This document shows, piece after piece, positions 1 to 8,344 of a stretch of 64,000 bases of DNA. The stretch's first letter is position 1. Each line of letters begins with the position of its first letter. Made by a program: the position numbers and the translations under genes. The notes beneath the pieces are model-generated. The model was not told where the DNA came from. It searched no databases and saw nothing but the letters and a program-made list of their open reading frames with translations. Source of the DNA: an uncultured Pseudomonadota bacterium (GTDB lineage Bacteria > Oederibacteriota > Muellerivitia > Muellerivitales > Muellerivitaceae); contig CAVYRH010000026.1 of assembly GCA_963770835.1 (NCBI GenBank), forward strand, positions 78,811 through 142,810, read 5' to 3'.

Positions 1-295
1 TTCACCGTAAAAGTCGCCGAAGTTAAAAATAGGCTGGGTGTGCCAGCCTTGGAGATAGGCGGCTAAAGCATCCTGGTGGTCCAGGGTCGTCCAATCCAGG
101 GCTGTGGCGACGCTTCCCACGGCAAAAGGGGCAATATTGTCACTGGTGAAAAGGTTCGGCAGGTCATCGACGAGCTTGACGGGAAAATGGGCTAGGGAAG
201 TGTCCGAATCCGGCGAGGTCCAGTCCCCACCCCAAGCCGGCGATAAAAAGAGAAAAATCAGTAAGGCCGGAAGAAGGGTTCTGCCGTTCAGCAAA
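1..295 (-). CDS. Partial CDS running off the window start: N-terminal part of a secreted/exported hypothetical protein (signal-peptide-like LLPALLIFLFLSPAWG)
   Basis: Hand translation of the reverse strand gives an open frame from about 295 (TTG candidate start) to position 1 with no stop: ...LNGRTLLPALLIFLFLSPAWGGDWTSPDSDTSLAHFPVKLVDDLPNLFTSDNIAPFAVGSVATALDWTTLDHQDALAAYLQGWHTQPIFNFGDFYGE. Not in the ORF track because it has no stop in the window. Confidence 0.3.
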
Positions 296-788
296 CTTGG
301 TCGTTTTTGGAGGAAATTCCGGGTTTGAATTTCTTATATGCCCAAACGCCCACCCCGATTCCAATAACGGTCGCGAAGGCGATCAGTTTGCCCTCGCCGA
401 TTTGGGTCAGGGAGGTTCCAGGGCAGGTCCCGGCCAAGGCCCATCCGGCCCCGAAAAGGAAGGCTCCCGCCAGGCGGTTGGGATCCCACTTCAGGGGTTC
501 CAAATCCAGCTTTTGGCCGGAATAGTCCTTGTTTCCACCGCGCCGTAGGAGGAAAAGGCCCAGGCTGACCACGGCCACCGCTACCAGGATCACGCCGTAC
601 AACTGGAACTCACGGCAGCGGAACATGGCGACGATGCTGTCGTAATCCGTGGCGCGGGACTTGGAGAGGAAATAACCGAAAAGAATCCCGAAGGCGATGT
701 AGGGAAAGGCGTTTTCGGTGGCCGAAACCTTGGAGGACTTCCGGCGGGTTAATTTAGGTGCCGCTTTACGGGATTTACGAAGGGCCAT
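288..788 (-). CDS. YeeE/YedE family membrane protein (sulfur-containing compound transporter-like), half-size unit
   Basis: Multi-TM 166 aa with the family's GTCPGT-type motif (AGTCPGTSL); immediately downstream of a second YeeE/YedE-like half gene, stop/start overlapping at 788. Confidence 0.6.
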   Translation of the reverse strand: MALRKSRKAAPKLTRRKSSKVSATENAFPYIAFGILFGYFLSKSRATDYDSIVAMFRCREFQLYGVILVAVAVVSLGLFLLRRGGNKDYSGQKLDLEPLKWDPNRLAGAFLFGAGWALAGTCPGTSLTQIGEGKLIAFATVIGIGVGVWAYKKFKPGISSKNDQVC

Positions 789-1318
789 TAGAACACCGCC
801 TTATAAAGGATATTGGTCACCAGGATTCCCGCCGCCAGGAAGGCGAGGGTGGCCAGGATGGACATCTTACTGCCCAGGGAAACCCCCATGATGGTGTTGC
901 CGCTGGTGCAGCCACCCGCCCACCGGGCACCGAAACCGATCAGGAACCCACTCACCAACAGCCAAAGGATCTTGTAAATCAAGCTTCCAAAAGTGATTCC
1001 GTCCAATTGGCCGTAAAGCCAGGTCCAGCTCCAATGGCCGATATTGGCCAGGAGGCCGCCCAAGGGGAGGCCCAGGATGAACCAAAGCTTCCAGTTGGAA
1101 GGGGAAAGCTGGAAAGCGGAGTCCTTCGTGACGATGGAACAGGCGTCCTCAAATCCGCCGGTCACCCCTAGGCGTTTTCCCGTGAACCAAGCCAGCCCCA
1201 CCGCCGTCAACCCCAGCCCCAAGCCGGCGGCCCACCAGGACCAGGTTTGGGAGAAAAGCAGATGGGACAAATTTTCCAGGAAAACCTGGAAATGAGAGGG
1301 TTGTGCCGCTGGGTTCAA
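788..1318 (-). CDS. YeeE/YedE family membrane protein, partner half-size unit
   Basis: 176 aa hydrophobic protein with a GGCTSG motif (WAGGCTSGNT) typical of YeeE/YedE repeat units; start overlaps the stop of the downstream paralog. Confidence 0.6.
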   Translation of the reverse strand: MNPAAQPSHFQVFLENLSHLLFSQTWSWWAAGLGLGLTAVGLAWFTGKRLGVTGGFEDACSIVTKDSAFQLSPSNWKLWFILGLPLGGLLANIGHWSWTWLYGQLDGITFGSLIYKILWLLVSGFLIGFGARWAGGCTSGNTIMGVSLGSKMSILATLAFLAAGILVTNILYKAVF

Positions 1319-1434
1319 TTGAGACCTCCTTCAAGAGATTGCGCCCATTGTACCGCGATTTCAAAAACGTCCAACAAAAAGGCTTTCACCATGGACTGGT
1401 TGCGCCAAGGGGGACCAATTTTAGATTAGAATCT

Positions 1435-2356
1435 TCAGAAATTGAAATCCCCAAATTTGTGGCCCGTGACGCGCTCGTAGGCTTCCACGTATTTTTCACG
1501 GGTTTTAACGACAATTTCCTCGGGCAAGACCGGACCGGGCGGGGTCTTGTTCCAATCCTTCAGGGTCTCCAAGTAGTCCCGCACGAACTGCTTATCGAAG
1601 CTCTTTTGGGAGACGCCTTCTTTGTATTCATCCTTGGGCCAGAAACGGGAGGAGTCGGGGGTCATTACCTCGTCGATGAGGATGAGATGGCCGTTCAAAA
1701 GGCCGAATTCAAACTTGGTATCGGCGATGATGATGCCCTTGGCGTCCGCCAGATCCCGGCCCCGTTTGTAGACATCCAAGCTCACTTCCCTCACCTTTTC
1801 GGCCAGGCCGTCATCCTTCAGGATCTTTTTCATCTCCTCGAAGGAAATATTGACGTCGTGCCCCTGCTCCGCCTTAGTGGAGGGTGTAAAGATGGGTTCG
1901 GGAATGCGGGAGGATTCCACCAGGCCCTGGGGCAGGTCGATGCCGCAGACTTTGCCTGTCTTCTGGTATTCCTTCAGGCCCGAGCCGGTCAAGTATCCCC
2001 GTACAATGCATTCGGCGGGAAGGGGCTTGGCTTTTTTGACGATCATGGAGCGGTGGATGAGCTGGTCCTTGGCTTTCTGGAAGGGTTCGGGCAGGGTGGA
2101 TATGTCGGTGGAAAGGACGTGGTTGGGGATGACGCCCTCCACCATGTTTGAACCAATAGCTGGAAATCTGGTTCAACACCACCCCTTTGTCGGGGATGCC
2201 GTTGGGCATGATCACGTCGAAGGCCGAAATGCGGTCGGTGACCACGATCAACAGCTTGTCGCCCAGGTCGTAAATGTCCCGCACCTTGCCGCGTTTGGGC
2301 GCGGGCACGCCGGGTATGTTCGTCTGCAAAACAACAGGGGATTGGGTCACGGACAT
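1435..2356 (-). pseudogene. purC: purC, phosphoribosylaminoimidazole-succinocarboxamide (SAICAR) synthase, long actinobacterial-type, interrupted by a single-nucleotide frameshift near 2143-2146
   Basis: N-terminal 70 aa ([48 protein letters not shown]) lie in ORF 1874..2356. The remainder ([13 protein letters not shown]...[16 protein letters not shown]...[11 protein letters not shown]...[13 protein letters not shown]) lies in ORF 1435..2145 in another frame. The two join cleanly if one G is removed from catGgtgg at about 2143. Confidence 0.8.
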
Positions 2357-2357
2357 T

Positions 2358-3323
2358 TCACTTCTCCTGTTTTTGAGTTTGTAACCATTTCACGTACTTC
2401 GCCACGCCTTCCTCCACCGGAAGGAAGGATTCGGAATAACCCGCTTTCTTCATCTTCCCCATCTCCGCTTGGGTGAAATACTGGTAACCGGCGCGGAACT
2501 TCTCCGGTGTATCCACCCATTCAATTTTAGGTTCCTTACCCACGGCCTTGAACAGGGCTTTGGAAACATCCACGAAAGTCCGGGCCTGTCCCGTGCCGCA
2601 GTTGTAGATGCCGGAGGGCGGGTTCTTTTCCAGGCAGAAGAGGCAGAGCTTCACGATGTCGTCCACGAAGATAAAATCCCGTTTTTGCTCGCCGTCCTTG
2701 ATCCCTTCCTTATGGGAACGGAAAAGGGTCTGTTTCCCCGTTTTCAAGATCTCACAGAAGCCGTGGAACACCGGCGAGGCCATGCGACCCTTGTGGTTCT
2801 CATCCATGCCGTAAACGTTGAAAAACTTGAGCCCATACCAGCGGGGCGGGGCGGCTTTCTGCGCCAAGGCCCAAAGATCAAATTCATGCTTGCTCTTGCC
2901 GTAAACGTTCAGGGGTTTGTATTGGGAGGTCTCCTTATGGTCGTCCGAATAGCCTTCCTCACCTTTTCCATAGGTGGCGCCGCTGGAGGCGTAGATGAGA
3001 GGGATTTTCCTCTCCGCGCACCACTGCCAGAGAACCTTGGTGTAGTCGGTGTTCATCTTCCACATATAGGCCTGATCGTGGTTGCCCGTGTCGGTGCAGG
3101 CGCCCAGGTGAATGACCGCGGTAATGTTTTGGAGGCGGGGTAATTCCACTAGCAGGTTCTCACGGTCAATAAAGGGAAGGGATTCTAGCCCTTTCACGCA
3201 AGAACGGTTATCGCGGTATTCAGGCTTGTCGACGAGAAGAAGGTCCTTTTGCCCTTTTTCCAAAAGGGTATGGGCCAAGCGGGCGCCGATGAAGCCATAG
3301 GCGCCGGTTAAAAGTAGGGTCAT
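2358..3323 (-). CDS. hldD: ADP-L-glycero-D-manno-heptose 6-epimerase (NAD-dependent epimerase/dehydratase)
   Basis: N-terminal Rossmann motif [22 protein letters not shown], and the HldD-like block [28 protein letters not shown]; 321 aa. Confidence 0.8.
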   Translation of the reverse strand: MTLLLTGAYGFIGARLAHTLLEKGQKDLLLVDKPEYRDNRSCVKGLESLPFIDRENLLVELPRLQNITAVIHLGACTDTGNHDQAYMWKMNTDYTKVLWQWCAERKIPLIYASSGATYGKGEEGYSDDHKETSQYKPLNVYGKSKHEFDLWALAQKAAPPRWYGLKFFNVYGMDENHKGRMASPVFHGFCEILKTGKQTLFRSHKEGIKDGEQKRDFIFVDDIVKLCLFCLEKNPPSGIYNCGTGQARTFVDVSKALFKAVGKEPKIEWVDTPEKFRAGYQYFTQAEMGKMKKAGYSESFLPVEEGVAKYVKWLQTQKQEK

Positions 3324-3487
3324 GCAACATCCTTGAAAACCTTGGAATTAAAGGAGGCATTATAAACAGCCAGTTTTGAATTATGAATTCTTAATTATGA
3401 ATTATGGATTTTTTCAGCCGAAGTTCGGCTGAAAAACGACCACAATTTAAAATTCAACATTCCAAATTTATAATTCCGGGATTGATT

Positions 3488-4642
3488 TTAAATCCCGGCA
3501 ACCGGGTGGGGGGAACGGTCCAAGGCGAAGGGGGTTAAATCCAGCGAAGGCCTTTCGCCCAAGAGCGCCTGGGACATTAATTCACCCGTCACCGCCGAAA
3601 GCAGGATGCCGTGCGTGAAATGTCCTGTGGCTAAAAACAGCCATTCCATTCCGGGCACCTGTCCCAAATAAGGCCAGCCGTCCACCGAGCCGGGCCGCAG
3701 TCCCGCCCAAGTGTCCTCGATCAGCTGTTGGGAGAGGCCCGGCAGCAGCTTCGCCGCGCCGGTCTTTAATTTTTCCATGCCCTCCGGCGTGGTGGCTTTG
3801 TCAAAGCCCGCGTCCTCCAGGGTGCTTCCCACGTATATATGGCCGTCCCGCCGGGGGACGATGTAGATAAAGGTCTTTTGGATTCCGGTGAAAAGGATAT
3901 GACGGAGGGTTTGGGGAGCCGCCCGGAACATGACCACTTGGCCCCGGAAAGGTTTCGTCGCCAAGCGGAGGCCCAGTTTTTCGGCGAGAAGGCCGGACCA
4001 GGCGCCGGAAGCCACCACGACGGCGTCTCCCTCCAGAACCCCCTTGGAAGTCCTGACGCCGGTGACCTGGCGGCCCTTGACCAGGAAATCCTCCACCGCC
4101 TCCAATTCCCTCAATTCCACTTTTCCTTTTTGGAGAACTTGCAGCAAGGCCCGGGTCAATCGGGGTGAACGGACTTGCCGGGTTTCCTTGAGGTAAAAGG
4201 CCGATTGGATTTTGGGAGAAAGACCGGGTTCCCTTTGGGCGGCCTGGGAGGGAGTGATCCATTCTCCCGAAAGGCCGAAGGTTTTAAGGTTACCCTCCAT
4301 CCGGTGGATCGCGGTCTCTTCTTCCCCGTTGAAGGCCAGGTCCAGGCTGCCCGAATCCAGCAGTTCGGGGTCCACACCGCTTTCCTTCTTGAGCCGCGCG
4401 GCCCATTCGGGGAAAAGGTCGTAGGATTTTTTGCAAAGGCTGAAAAAGGCGCCGCCCACGCCGGAGGCGCTTCGCAGGTCCAGGTAACCGGCGCCCGCCC
4501 AGGAAGCCTCCCGCGCGAAGGGGCCCTTCTCCACCACCACGGGCTCCAGGCCCCGGCGCAGGCAATGTTCGGCGATGGAAAGGCCGATCACACCCCCGCC
4601 CACGATGATGACTCGACGGCCCAAGGCTTGTCTCCCTGGCAA
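3488..4642 (-). CDS. FAD-dependent oxidoreductase, glycine oxidase (ThiO)/D-amino-acid oxidase family
   Basis: N-terminal dinucleotide fold VIIVGGGVIGLSIAEHC, DAO-family length (384 aa), C-terminal GHFTHGILLSAVTGELMS typical of ThiO-like enzymes. Confidence 0.6.
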   Translation of the reverse strand: MPGRQALGRRVIIVGGGVIGLSIAEHCLRRGLEPVVVEKGPFAREASWAGAGYLDLRSASGVGGAFFSLCKKSYDLFPEWAARLKKESGVDPELLDSGSLDLAFNGEEETAIHRMEGNLKTFGLSGEWITPSQAAQREPGLSPKIQSAFYLKETRQVRSPRLTRALLQVLQKGKVELRELEAVEDFLVKGRQVTGVRTSKGVLEGDAVVVASGAWSGLLAEKLGLRLATKPFRGQVVMFRAAPQTLRHILFTGIQKTFIYIVPRRDGHIYVGSTLEDAGFDKATTPEGMEKLKTGAAKLLPGLSQQLIEDTWAGLRPGSVDGWPYLGQVPGMEWLFLATGHFTHGILLSAVTGELMSQALLGERPSLDLTPFALDRSPHPVAGI

Positions 4643-4755
4643 GGATTTTGGAAAAAGATATTATAACGGTCCTGTTTAAAGAGGCCGTCTTTCATCCCAA
4701 TAAAAAAGCCTTCCCCCGGATGGAGGAAGGCTTTAAGAAATCCGGAAACGGCTGG

Positions 4756-5385
4756 TTAGTTACCGGTCGTAGTCGCCGCGCCGCCTGCCGGGGGAGTATC
4801 CCCACCGGTGGTGCCGCCGGGCGTTTTCCCGCCTCCGGTGGCGGAGGGAGGTTGCAGGAAAGCGTAAGCGCGGATGGCCCGGGCTTTCCAGCCCTTGCCG
4901 CCACGGTTCACCATAACGCTGTAAACGTGGATGTTCATGGGGCCTGCGGCGTTTCCATCGGGATTCTTCATGCCGGTCACGGTGGAGGTGCAATCCACCA
5001 AGGCAAGGTTGTTCATCACCCAGACGAAGCTGAAATCACTGAAAGCCTGAGTGGTCCCACTCATCGGGCCAGCCAAGTCGGCGGCGATGACCTTTTGGAC
5101 TCCCGCCATGCCCTGGCCTTCCGTTCCCATGGGGTTGATCAAGGTAGCGTCTGAAGTAAAGAAAGAGGCAATGGTCGTGGCATCGCCGGAAGCCCAGGCC
5201 GTGGCAAAGTCCGAAAAGGCCTGTTGGATGCCCGCTTCATCGCCGCCAGCCATGTGGACCTTGGCCTTCTTCGCCGGCGCGGAAGCGGGGGCGTCCCCAG
5301 CAGCGGGGGTTGAGGCTTGGTCCTGGGCTAAAAGCGGGGTGGAGAACAACAACAAGATTGCGGCAACAGCCAAAATTTTCTTCAT
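4756..5385 (-). CDS. Secreted hypothetical protein with SnoaL/NTF2-like (DUF4440-like) domain and Gly/Thr/Pro-rich tail
   Basis: Signal peptide MKKILAVAAILLLFSTPLLAQ; central domain with FSDFATAWASGDATTIASFFTSDATLINPMG... resembling NTF2-like folds; low-complexity C-terminus. Confidence 0.45.
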   Translation of the reverse strand: MKKILAVAAILLLFSTPLLAQDQASTPAAGDAPASAPAKKAKVHMAGGDEAGIQQAFSDFATAWASGDATTIASFFTSDATLINPMGTEGQGMAGVQKVIAADLAGPMSGTTQAFSDFSFVWVMNNLALVDCTSTVTGMKNPDGNAAGPMNIHVYSVMVNRGGKGWKARAIRAYAFLQPPSATGGGKTPGGTTGGDTPPAGGAATTTGN

Positions 5386-5545
5386 AAAATACGTCTCCTT
5401 CGTTCCCTAAGGATGAAAACGGGCACATTATCCCTGCCCTTTCCGGCATCGTCAACTTTTCTCAAGGGTGATCATAGGGGTATTGATCCTCCCGGCCCGC
5501 CGATATACTAACAACCCCAGGTCATGGATTAACTCGGAGGCTTTC

Positions 5546-7456
5546 ATGCGGAAACTTTTAACCATCCTTTTACTTCTTTCGTCCTTTTCGGCGGTTCCCC
5601 GGCCGTCCCAGGCCGCTTCCTCCGATTTCTTCACGGTGAAGTGGAAGGACGGCAAAGCCTGGTTCATCTCCCCCCTCCACAAACCCTTCCTCTCCATGGG
5701 GGTCAACGCCATCGCCGACCAGTCCTACCGGGCCCCCAACGACGATTATTACAACCCGGTGAAAAACCAATACGGCGGCAATAAGAAAGCCTGGATGAAA
5801 GGCGTCTTTATCCGGTTGAAGCGGTGGCATTTCAACACCCTCGGCTGCTGGTCGGACGACGACTTGACGGGTCAGAAGTTTCCCTACACCCCCATGCTTT
5901 ACCTCGCCCGCGGGAACAAGTGGGACGACGTGCTGCTTTCGGTTTTCACCGCCGACTTCGAGGCACGCGTCCGGGAGAACGCCAAACAAGCCGTGAAACT
6001 CAAGGAGGATCCCTACCTCTTGGGCTATTTCCTGGACAACGAAATGCCCTGGTGGGGCGATTACGGCTGGCACGCGGAAGGACAGCAAACCCTGCTGGAA
6101 AAATACGCCTTGGGCGGCGTGGACAACGCGAATAAGGAGGCACTCGAGAAATTTTTCGTGGAACGGTACAACAACGATATCGAGGCCTTCGACACGGCCT
6201 GGGGACTCGACTTGAAGTCCTTTGAGGAGATGGAGGGGCCCGTGACCCTGGCGGTGAAGACCCGGAAACAAAAGGAGGAAGCCAACGCCTGGGCGGGCAT
6301 GGTGGCCGAGCGTTATTTCTCCGTAACCACCAAGGCCCTGCGGGATGCGGACCCGAACCACCTCATCTTAGGCGTCCGTTTCGCGGGGGAGACGCCCTGG
6401 GAGGTCGTGGAAGCCTGCGGCCGCTACTGCGACGTGGTCTCGGTCAACCATTACGCGAAATCCGGCGACATTGACCAGGCGCTCCTGGATAACTTCTACG
6501 CCAAAACCGGAAAACCCATCCTCATCACCGAGTATTCCTTCAGCGCCGCGGAAAACCAAAGCGCCGACCCCAACACTCACGGGGCGGACGTGGCTGTTCC
6601 CACCCAGAAGGACCGCGTGGACCATTTCAACCGTTACGCCCACGGGGCCCTGGGCCTTCCCTATATCGTGGGCCTGCACTGGTATGAGTGGTCCGATGAG
6701 TCCCCCGAGGGGCGCTTCGACGGCGAGAATTGCGACTACGGCCTGGTGGACATCCACGACCACGAATACACCCTCCTGACCCAGGCCCACGCGAAGATGA
6801 ACCTGATCGCGACCTCCCTCCACAAGAAATCGGACATCCCGCTTCCCCAGGGTTTCCAGGAGCCAAAAAGGGTGGATTACCGCAGGGCCGAGGCCGGAAC
6901 AGCCGTGGCGTCGTCGCGGGATTTCCTCAAGATCGACAAGACCACCCATGTGGATACTTGGGGGGACGGCCCCAACGAGGGCAAGGCGGTGGCCGACACC
7001 ACTTCGGGGGTCATCGTCCTGGATTACCAGACGGGCACGGGCTGGGGATGCGGGGCTTCCACCTACCCCAACATTCCGCCCCTGGTGTCGGGGGGGGGCG
7101 CGGATCTTCGCGGCTACAACTTCCTCGACTTCAAGGCCTTTGTGCCGAAGGGGACCAACTTCACCGTGTACATGAGCGAGTCCGGGACGGCCGCGCCGGG
7201 AATGCCCCAGTCCCAGTACGCCGGCCAGAACGGCGCGGACGGCGAATCCTATTCCTTTCCCCCCATGACCGGCACGGGAAAGTGGGAGGACTACCGCGTG
7301 GATCTTTCCGAACTGGAACGCCGCACCACCTGGGGCAACCAGCACGGCAACAACATCCTGGACCTGCAGGCCCTCTCGGACGTGGATTTTTACCTGCCCG
7401 GCAACCAAGGCGCGGGCCGAATGCTGGTGAAGGACCTGGTGTTCCGGGAGAAATAA
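5546..7456 (+). CDS. Secreted glycoside hydrolase, clan GH-A (beta/alpha)8 catalytic domain plus C-terminal beta-sandwich-like domain; family not assignable by eye
   Basis: Signal peptide MRKLLTILLLLSSFSAVPRPSQA (internal Met of ORF 5468..7456); candidate acid/base FLDNEMPWWGD and nucleophile ILITEYSF motifs spaced as in clan GH-A enzymes. Confidence 0.5.
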   Translation: MRKLLTILLLLSSFSAVPRPSQAASSDFFTVKWKDGKAWFISPLHKPFLSMGVNAIADQSYRAPNDDYYNPVKNQYGGNKKAWMKGVFIRLKRWHFNTLGCWSDDDLTGQKFPYTPMLYLARGNKWDDVLLSVFTADFEARVRENAKQAVKLKEDPYLLGYFLDNEMPWWGDYGWHAEGQQTLLEKYALGGVDNANKEALEKFFVERYNNDIEAFDTAWGLDLKSFEEMEGPVTLAVKTRKQKEEANAWAGMVAERYFSVTTKALRDADPNHLILGVRFAGETPWEVVEACGRYCDVVSVNHYAKSGDIDQALLDNFYAKTGKPILITEYSFSAAENQSADPNTHGADVAVPTQKDRVDHFNRYAHGALGLPYIVGLHWYEWSDESPEGRFDGENCDYGLVDIHDHEYTLLTQAHAKMNLIATSLHKKSDIPLPQGFQEPKRVDYRRAEAGTAVASSRDFLKIDKTTHVDTWGDGPNEGKAVADTTSGVIVLDYQTGTGWGCGASTYPNIPPLVSGGGADLRGYNFLDFKAFVPKGTNFTVYMSESGTAAPGMPQSQYAGQNGADGESYSFPPMTGTGKWEDYRVDLSELERRTTWGNQHGNNILDLQALSDVDFYLPGNQGAGRMLVKDLVFREK

Positions 7457-7462
7457 TCTTCC

Positions 7463-8053
7463 ATGGAAATTACCCAAACCCTTTATGTCCATCAGGTGTC
7501 CTATTGGCGCAGGTGGCTCAAGAAAAACCATAATGCCACCCGGGAAATCTGGCTCGTCTATTACAAGAAGGCCAGCGGGAAACCGCGCATCGCCTACAAC
7601 GACGCGGTGGACGAGGCCCTTTGCTTCGGGTGGATCGACTCGACGGTCAAGAAGCTGGACCAAGACCGCTTTTGCCAGAGGTTCACGCCCCGAAAACCCG
7701 GTTCGCCTTGCTCGGAAATGAACAAGGCCCGGGCTCACCGTATGATCAAGGAGGGAAGAATGACCCCGGCGGGCCTGGAGGCATTGAAGGGGGTCCTGGG
7801 CCACGGGGCGAAGATCACGAAGCGGGGAATCCACCATCCCCAAGGCTGGACCGTCCCGCCCGACATCCGGACGGCGATCCAGAAGGACAAGCTGGCGTGG
7901 AAGCACTTCCAAAAATTTTCGGATACCTACCAGCGCATCCGCATCGCCTTTATCGAAGGCGCCCGGAAGCGGCCCGAGGAATTCAGACGCCGTTTAAACA
8001 ATTTCTTGAAAAGGACGGCCAAAAACCAGAGGTTTGGAATGATCCAGGAATAA
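7463..8053 (+). CDS. YdeI/OmpD-associated (bacteriocin-protection-like) family protein
   Basis: 196 aa; N-terminal W..WL..NH...EIWLVYYKK and CFGWIDS motifs typical of the YdeI family (PF13376-like). Confidence 0.5.
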   Translation: MEITQTLYVHQVSYWRRWLKKNHNATREIWLVYYKKASGKPRIAYNDAVDEALCFGWIDSTVKKLDQDRFCQRFTPRKPGSPCSEMNKARAHRMIKEGRMTPAGLEALKGVLGHGAKITKRGIHHPQGWTVPPDIRTAIQKDKLAWKHFQKFSDTYQRIRIAFIEGARKRPEEFRRRLNNFLKRTAKNQRFGMIQE

Positions 8054-8344
8054 GCCGGAGCCTAAACCGTCCGCCCCTTTGGGGTAAAAAAAGTTCCGAG
8101 GGTAGACCCCAAGAGAACCGGAAGTTGGTATTCTTATAAACTCAGGGTTGGGCGGTTTTTCGCCGGCCCTTTATGCTGGATTAAATCTTAAACAGATTGA
8201 TGAAAAAGTCCAAAATATGGACTATTTCATATTTGTGTCGCGAATCACTCCTTGTAAATCAAGGAGTTAAAAACGATTCGCTTTTAGCCCGTGGCTGTTG
8301 ACAGTGTGTAAATGTATTTTTTGAGCACCCTGTAAAGGAATCCT

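Noticed and set aside
1303-2151. 282-aa plus-strand ORF overlapping purC
   Set aside because: Antisense shadow ORF typical of high-GC DNA; no recognisable motifs. The minus-strand frames carry clear PurC homology.
6368-7912. 514-aa minus-strand ORF opposite the glycoside hydrolase and YdeI genes
   Set aside because: Low-complexity Arg/Gly/Pro-rich translation, no start context. It spans two well-supported plus-strand genes, so it is a GC-driven shadow ORF.
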